Assembly: GCA_039683575.1 (NCBI GenBank)
Contig: JBDKRC010000051.1
Location: 1-22,763 of the forward strand
Length of the DNA stretch: 22,763 nucleotides
Origin: Armatimonadia bacterium
Lineage (GTDB): Bacteria > Armatimonadota > Zipacnadia > Zipacnadales > UBA11051
Reading direction: 5' to 3'
A program made the position numbers and the translations under genes. Below are positions 17,595 through 22,763 of this stretch, piece by piece. Under the pieces are notes generated by a model. The model worked only from the letters and a program-made list of their open reading frames with translations, was not told the origin of the DNA and searched no databases. Numbering within the stretch: position 1 is the stretch's first letter; each line of letters begins with the position of its first letter.

Positions 17595-18746
17595 CTACTT
17601 CGTGCGGTTCAGGAGAGCCTGGGCTCTTAGCTTCCAGAAGAGGTCGGCGGAGCTTTGGATGGTGTCCGATAGCTGGGCCTCGGCTACCCAATCGCCAGCG
17701 TCGGCCTGGGCTTTGAGGCTGGTTATCTGCCCCAGCAGTTTCTCCACCTGTGGTTTGTAGGCTTTGCCCTCTTCGGCGGCATCGGCCAGCAGTTGGTTCG
17801 ATTCGCTGGTCAGGGCATCGGCTTTGAGTGACTGGAGCGGGAGCGGGCGGAAGTCTTCCTTTTGCAGGTCCGACAGGTCCTGGGCGCCGCAGGTCCGGAG
17901 GTACTTTTCGGCCTCCGCGTTGGTGCGTCCCTTGAGGTCGTAGAAGCAGAAACGCGCTTCCTTCGCGTCTGGCTTGAGGGTCAGTTCGGTCACTACGGGG
18001 TAGTTGGTGATGCGGACGACGCCGCTTTGCAGGGCTTCGGGGGCGACGATGGCAGCGCAGGGTCCGGCACCCTCGCCTTTGGCGACGTCGAAGACCGTGT
18101 CGTAGTAATACAGGAACGTGTCCTTGTCGGGCTCCAGAGTCAGCGTCTGGGGCTCTTTGGCGTCAGTGCGGGGCGTCATGCAATGGCGCTCGCCCTTGCG
18201 CCGATTGGTGAAGAAACTGGGGTAGCAGGTCAGGTTGACCTTGACCTCCTTGAGGGCTTTGCCCGGGCGCGGCTGCCACTTGAGCAGGGCGCGGACGTGG
18301 TTGCTGGCGGGCGGGAGGATGATGCGCATGGATACTTCGGCATCGGGGTGCTCCCAGATGACCTGAAAGCCGCCGCGGGCGCCGGATTCGGTGGCGCGCA
18401 TGTCGCGGAGCTTGTATCTCGTCACTTCCTCGCCGTTGATGGTCATGCGGAAGAAGCCGCCCCAGTACCAGTTGGCTGGGACAGGCTCGGGCATACCGAA
18501 GTTGCCCTCCGCGGACGGGCGCAGGTCGCCGTGAGAGGGGTCAGTGCAGCCAGAGTAGCGGAACTGGTAGCGGACGAGGCTGTTTTGCAGGGAGATGAGG
18601 TGGGTGAGGACGGAGTGGCCGGCGGTGCATTCGTAGTTGGAGGGCGCGGTTGTGGGACCGGAGTCGATGGTCAGGACGAGGGGGCTCTGGGCGAAGGCGG
18701 CGGAGACGAGCAGGGTGAGGATCGCGGTGAGGGTGAGGCGTTGCAT
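17595..18746 (-). CDS. Secreted hypothetical protein
   Basis: 383 aa ORF; signal peptide MQRLTLTAILTLLVSAAFA; GGAGG upstream; helical C-terminus. Confidence 0.8.
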   Translation of the reverse strand: MQRLTLTAILTLLVSAAFAQSPLVLTIDSGPTTAPSNYECTAGHSVLTHLISLQNSLVRYQFRYSGCTDPSHGDLRPSAEGNFGMPEPVPANWYWGGFFRMTINGEEVTRYKLRDMRATESGARGGFQVIWEHPDAEVSMRIILPPASNHVRALLKWQPRPGKALKEVKVNLTCYPSFFTNRRKGERHCMTPRTDAKEPQTLTLEPDKDTFLYYYDTVFDVAKGEGAGPCAAIVAPEALQSGVVRITNYPVVTELTLKPDAKEARFCFYDLKGRTNAEAEKYLRTCGAQDLSDLQKEDFRPLPLQSLKADALTSESNQLLADAAEEGKAYKPQVEKLLGQITSLKAQADAGDWVAEAQLSDTIQSSADLFWKLRAQALLNRTK

Positions 18747-18830
18747 GTGTTGGCCTCCACGGGGAATCAGTTGTCAGTTGTCAGTTGTCAGTTGGGAGAC
18801 AACGGCGACGACCAGAGCGGCGAAATGTCG

Positions 18831-18914
18831 GGAACGGGGACAGACCCCAATTTCGCATGACGGTTTGAGGGACTCGGAAGGTCAGGTTGCGAAATCAGGG
18901 TCAGTCCCCATTCC
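18831..18914. repeat. REPIN-like inverted pair of the same GGGGACAGACCCC family
   Basis: GGAACGGGGACAGACCCCAATTTCGCA ... TGCGAAATCAGGGTCAGTCCCCATTCC. Confidence 0.8.
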
Positions 18915-18940
18915 GGGGTTGGTCGGTGATAGCGGCAAGG

Positions 18941-20986
18941 TTAACCGCCGAGGTTTACATAGTACCTTGATGAGATGACCGGATCAATGAAATAGTTGAT
19001 GATGATGCGCCAGATTACTCCGCCTACCAGGACGTGGCCGAGGACTAGGCCGAGGAAGATCGGTACTGTCTTGCGGTAGAGCGGGAGGCCACCGTAGCGC
19101 AGGGCGAGGCGCTGGGCTAACCACGCTATGAAGAAGGGGAACCAGTACGGGCTGTGGTCGCCGTAGAGAGTGGCCATGACGAAGCCTAAGGGGTGGAGCG
19201 GGAAGGCGGTGAGGCGGGTGCGTGCGATCGTGAGGCCCGTGGTGAAGAGGAAGCCTGCTGCGTAGAAGGCGAGGCGGAGGAAGTCCGGGCCCGTGGGCTT
19301 GTCGAGAGCGTTGCGGATGAGGTTGTAATTGCCCTTGGACCACGACATCGCCCAGCCGGTGCCCGCGCGGCCGATTTTGGCGCCGATGAGGCCCTGACCA
19401 TACTTGTATCCAACGTCGAGGTGGAACCAGTATGCGAGGGCGAGGCCGACGACGCAGGTGATGATCATCATCGAGTTGATGGAGCGGCGGTGGACGTGGC
19501 CGACGTCGGCGAGGCGCAGGCCGTCGGTGAAGTACTGGGCGGTGGCGTGGGCGAAGACTGTGCGGCCGATGAAGAAGAGGGCGTTGTAGAGCACGAAGCC
19601 TTGCGGGCCGAGCATGTGCTGCATGGCGCGGGTGCCCAGGAAGTGCTGCGGGACAATGGTGTCAAAGCCGTAGGGGACGGTCCAGGTGACGGGCGGGCCG
19701 ACCTCGGCGCGGATGCGGGCGGCGACGAGGACGAACATGTACAGGACTGCGAAGAAGAAGACGACTAGAGTGAGCGGGATGCCAGCGGTCGTGAGCATGT
19801 AAACCATGCCGACGGTGGAGGCGAGAAAGACGATGGCTAAGTAGCGGAAGGGCATGGCCTCGTTGGCGTCGTGCTGGTTGGGGCCCTTGATGATGTCCTG
19901 CCAGACCTGGCGGAAGTGGGGGCGCGCGACGTACATGAGGAAGCCGGCGACGGCGATGCAGCCCCCGGCACTGAGTTCCTGGTAGAAGGGGAAGCCAACA
20001 GCGCGGTAACCGGCGGAGAGGCCGATCAGCTTGACGATTTTGATGAACCAGTAGAAGAGCCACGTGGACAGGAGGACTTCGCCGGACACCAGGTAGCCGA
20101 GGCCCCAGACCTCAAGGGCCATGCTGAGGGAGATGGGGCGCAGGTAGCGCCAGGGCGGATCCGTGAGGTTCTCATCGAGGGGTATGGTCGTACGGATCTG
20201 CGGCATGCCGGGGAAGAAGGAGTGCAGGATGTTTAGGAGGTTGAAGGCGGTGGCAAGGCCGAAGCCGATCCACATGAGCTTGTTGCTGAAAAAGCCGCTG
20301 GCCACGGAGGCGCTCATGCCGCCGGATTTGCTGTCGAGGCCGCCGGTCATCTCAATCGGCAGGAAGAGCAAGGGGTAGGTCAGGCGCTCGGATTCGGTCC
20401 ACTGGCGGCGGAAGAAGGCGGAGATGGACATCATGGCGGCGATTAGCAGCAGGGAGAAGCCGCCCCACCACGCCAGGAAGGGCCACCAGTAGCTCCAGGG
20501 GACCTGGCCGTCGGGGGAGGTCTCGAACCACTGGAGGATGACGCGGGAGTCCTGGGGGATCCAGTACTTGGGGTAGAAGTTGAAGAAGTTCTCCCAGCCG
20601 TTGACCTCGGTGGCGAAGTACTTGGCGGTGAGGAGGTAGTGGATGACATAGCCGCCGCGCTCCATGGCGAGGGCGACGCACATGCCAGCGTAGATCATGA
20701 GCAGTTCGCCGCGCGAGAGCGGCTTGAAGGCGGCGGGGAGGCGGTTGCCGAGGCCGGTGCGCGTGAGGAAAGCGTTGAGGCCGGTGAGGATGAGCAGGAA
20801 GAGCATCGCCGGGACCGGCGGGACCATGTAGGGGACCCAGTTGATCTGGATGAAGCCCACGCGGGTGATACCGACAAAGATCGCGACGGTGAGGATGATG
20901 GCGATGACGACGGAGCGAGCGGTGAGGTGGACGAGGCCCTGTGGGGTGGCGGGTGCAGTGGTGATTTGTGCGGCGGCCTGGGTCAT
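18941..20986 (-). CDS. Polytopic membrane protein, DUF6785/DUF6784-like (putative transporter)
   Basis: Likely start MTQAAAQ at 20986 (GAGGT upstream); many TM helices. Motifs LSRGELLMIY, RRQWTESERLTYPL, ARIRAEVG, FPLHPLGF and LRYGGLPLYRK. Confidence 0.85.
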   Translation of the reverse strand: MTQAAAQITTAPATPQGLVHLTARSVVIAIILTVAIFVGITRVGFIQINWVPYMVPPVPAMLFLLILTGLNAFLTRTGLGNRLPAAFKPLSRGELLMIYAGMCVALAMERGGYVIHYLLTAKYFATEVNGWENFFNFYPKYWIPQDSRVILQWFETSPDGQVPWSYWWPFLAWWGGFSLLLIAAMMSISAFFRRQWTESERLTYPLLFLPIEMTGGLDSKSGGMSASVASGFFSNKLMWIGFGLATAFNLLNILHSFFPGMPQIRTTIPLDENLTDPPWRYLRPISLSMALEVWGLGYLVSGEVLLSTWLFYWFIKIVKLIGLSAGYRAVGFPFYQELSAGGCIAVAGFLMYVARPHFRQVWQDIIKGPNQHDANEAMPFRYLAIVFLASTVGMVYMLTTAGIPLTLVVFFFAVLYMFVLVAARIRAEVGPPVTWTVPYGFDTIVPQHFLGTRAMQHMLGPQGFVLYNALFFIGRTVFAHATAQYFTDGLRLADVGHVHRRSINSMMIITCVVGLALAYWFHLDVGYKYGQGLIGAKIGRAGTGWAMSWSKGNYNLIRNALDKPTGPDFLRLAFYAAGFLFTTGLTIARTRLTAFPLHPLGFVMATLYGDHSPYWFPFFIAWLAQRLALRYGGLPLYRKTVPIFLGLVLGHVLVGGVIWRIIINYFIDPVISSRYYVNLGG

Positions 20987-21195
20987 GCGGTACCTCGGAT
21001 TATGGATGCGGGGAGGGTGATTCGCCGGGGGTGGGGGGAGGACCTGCGTGGCCGGCATTGAGCGCGCCAGCCGGCATTGAAATGCCGGCCTCGGTGATGA
21101 ACGTCCCTGCGGGACGAGGCAAACGGCAGTGGCCGCCACGGAGTGTGGGCCCCACGCGCCAGCGGCTGCCTCTGGTGCAGTGTCACTGGGAACGG

Positions 21196-21201
21196 TAGAA
21201 T
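21196..21201 (+). promoter_or_regulatory. Putative -10 box for leaderless folC transcript
   Basis: TAGAAT followed by 6 nt then ATG; no Shine-Dalgarno sequence. Confidence 0.55.
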
Positions 21202-21207
21202 AGTGCC

Positions 21208-22557
21208 ATGAACTACCCGGAAGCTGTGGCTTATCTGGAGTCGCTGGTGGATTTTGAGCGGCTGGGGTTTCGGCGGCATTTCGCTGAGACTGTGAATCTA
21301 GACACGATCTGGCGGCTGCTGGAGCTTCTGGGTAACCCGCAGCAGGGGCTCGATTGTGTGCATATCGCGGGGACCAAGGGGAAGGGGTCTACGGCGGCGA
21401 TACTGGAGAGTGTGTTGCGGGAGGCGGGGCTGGTTACGGGGCTCTTCACGTCGCCGCATCTGGTGTCTTTCAGGGAGAGGATACGGATTGCGGGGGAGAT
21501 GGCTGCGGAGGAGGAGATTGCGTGGGCAGTGGGGGAGGTACAGGGGCCGATTGAGGCGATGCGGGCCGAAGGGAAGCTGAACCCGTCGACGTTCTTTGAG
21601 GCGTATACGGCGATGGCTTACCTGCTGTTTCGGCGGCGCGGCGTGCAGGTGGCGGTGATGGAGACGGGGCTGGGTGGGAGGCTGGATGCGACGAACACCT
21701 GCGAGCCGGTGGCTTGCGCGATTACTACGCTGGGGCTGGACCATACGGAGATACTGGGGCACTCGATCGAGGAGATTGCGCGGGAGAAGGCGGGGATCAT
21801 GAAGGCGGGGGTGCCGGTGGTATGTGCGCCGCAGGCAGAGGCGGCGGAAGCGGTGTTGCGGGAGGTGGCGCGAGAGGCCGGGGCGCCGCTGCGGGTTGCG
21901 CCGAAGGTCCTCGCGAGGCGGGAGGCGGGGAGGTTGGCGATACCGGAGGGAGATGAGGGGGAGGTGCCGCGGCCGGGGCAGGAGGTTACGGTGGAGTTGG
22001 CGGAGGGGGAGGTGGCGGTGGAGTTGCCGCTGGTGGGGGAGCATCAGGCGGTGAACCTGGCAACGGCGCTGGGGGTGGTGGAGGTTCTGCGGGAAAGGGG
22101 ATGGGAGATCTCGAATGAGGCGGTGCGGGAGGGGGCCCGGAAGCTGCGATGGCCGGGGCGGCTGGAGGTGGTGGGCGTGCGGCCGTGGGTGGTTTTGGAC
22201 GTCGCGCACAACGAGCCGTCGGCGAAGGCCTTGGCGGGGGCTTTGCCGGGCATGTTGGAGTATGAGCGGCTGGTGGCGGTGGTGGGATTGATGGGGGAGA
22301 AGGATGCGGGGGCGTTCTGTGGGACGCTGGCGCCTTTGGTGGAGGTGGTGGTGCTCACGCAGGCGCGGAACCCGCGGGCGTTGCCGGTGGGGGAGCTGGA
22401 GAGGGCGTGCGAGGGGATGTGGAAGCGGGTTGTTGTGACGCAGAGCGTGCCGGAGGCATTCGAGGCGGCAAAGGCCGAGGCAGGGGTGAGGGATTGCGTG
22501 CTGGTGACGGGAGGGCTTTATGTGGTGGGGGAGGTTATGGAGGAGATGGGGGCGTGA
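21208..22557 (+). CDS. folC: Bifunctional folylpolyglutamate synthase / dihydrofolate synthase
   Basis: HIAGTKGKGST P-loop, FTSPHLVSFRERI, TFFE, ETGLGGRLDATN, IAREKAGI, WPGRLE, LDVAHN and VTGGLYVVGE. Confidence 0.97.
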   Translation: MNYPEAVAYLESLVDFERLGFRRHFAETVNLDTIWRLLELLGNPQQGLDCVHIAGTKGKGSTAAILESVLREAGLVTGLFTSPHLVSFRERIRIAGEMAAEEEIAWAVGEVQGPIEAMRAEGKLNPSTFFEAYTAMAYLLFRRRGVQVAVMETGLGGRLDATNTCEPVACAITTLGLDHTEILGHSIEEIAREKAGIMKAGVPVVCAPQAEAAEAVLREVAREAGAPLRVAPKVLARREAGRLAIPEGDEGEVPRPGQEVTVELAEGEVAVELPLVGEHQAVNLATALGVVEVLRERGWEISNEAVREGARKLRWPGRLEVVGVRPWVVLDVAHNEPSAKALAGALPGMLEYERLVAVVGLMGEKDAGAFCGTLAPLVEVVVLTQARNPRALPVGELERACEGMWKRVVVTQSVPEAFEAAKAEAGVRDCVLVTGGLYVVGEVMEEMGA

Positions 22558-22568
22558 GAGAGGCTGCC

Positions 22569-22650
22569 GCCCCTTCGGGGCTCTAGATGATCCTGGGCTG
22601 GGAACCAGGGCCTTGCGGCCCTGGCTAGATTCCGGACGGCCCTTCGGGCC
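22569..22650 (+). repeat. Solo copy of the tnpA-associated three-hairpin cassette after folC
   Basis: GCCCCTTCGGGGC, 23 nt, CCAGGGCCTTGCGGCCCTGG, 13 nt, GGCCCTTCGGGCC; preceded by GAGGCTGCC as in the array. Confidence 0.95.
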
Positions 22651-22657
22651 TGACGGC

Positions 22658-22763
22658 GAGGCGTGAGGCGTGAGGCGTGAGGCGTGAGGCGTGAGGCGTG
22701 AGGCGTGAGGCGTGAGGCGTGAGGCGTGAGGCGTGAGGCGTGAGGCGTGAGGCGTGAGGCGTG
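22658..22763 (+). repeat. Perfect heptamer microsatellite (GAGGCGT)15+, running off the window end
   Basis: 15 exact copies from 22658 to 22762. Confidence 0.97.

Noticed and set aside
4199-22209. Long antisense ORFs (e.g. 4199-5293, 11215-12132, 12184-13410, 17862-18860, 21298-22209)
   Set aside because: Shadow frames opposite well-supported genes in GC-rich DNA, with no recognisable motifs and mostly low-complexity composition.
22658-22763. Telomere-like terminal repeat
   Set aside because: The context is an ordinary bacterial chromosome (folC adjacent). More likely a microsatellite at which the assembly or window ends; its true length is unknown.

Overview
GC-rich bacterial genomic window. 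The gene content (DUF4838-like and DUF6785-like proteins, large secreted carbohydrate-binding-type proteins) suggests Armatimonadota or a similar lineage, but this is inference only. Ordinary genes: a secreted parallel beta-helix protein whose reading frame continues past two in-frame stops, two large secreted putative carbohydrate-active proteins, an SDR, a DUF4838-like protein, a sugar-phosphate isomerase/epimerase, TrkH, RidA, a secreted hypothetical protein, a polytopic membrane protein and FolC. The standout is a lone IS200-like HUH/Y1 transposase (7065-7517, no tnpB). It is bracketed by inverted copies of an 81-bp three-hairpin REP-like cassette and embedded in an array of ~205-bp units, each made of the cassette, a linker and a copy of the last ~16 codons of tnpA itself. 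There are 6 direct cassettes upstream, 2 downstream, 1 inverted at the gene start and 1 solo copy 15 kb away. The three hairpins are invariant in all 10 copies, while the linkers vary at fixed length. Each cassette run ends in a simple tandem repeat. A second, unrelated REP family shows the same 'gene 3' end + palindrome' duplication at 16985-17501. Nearly every intergenic region is a mosaic of several other palindromic repeat families.
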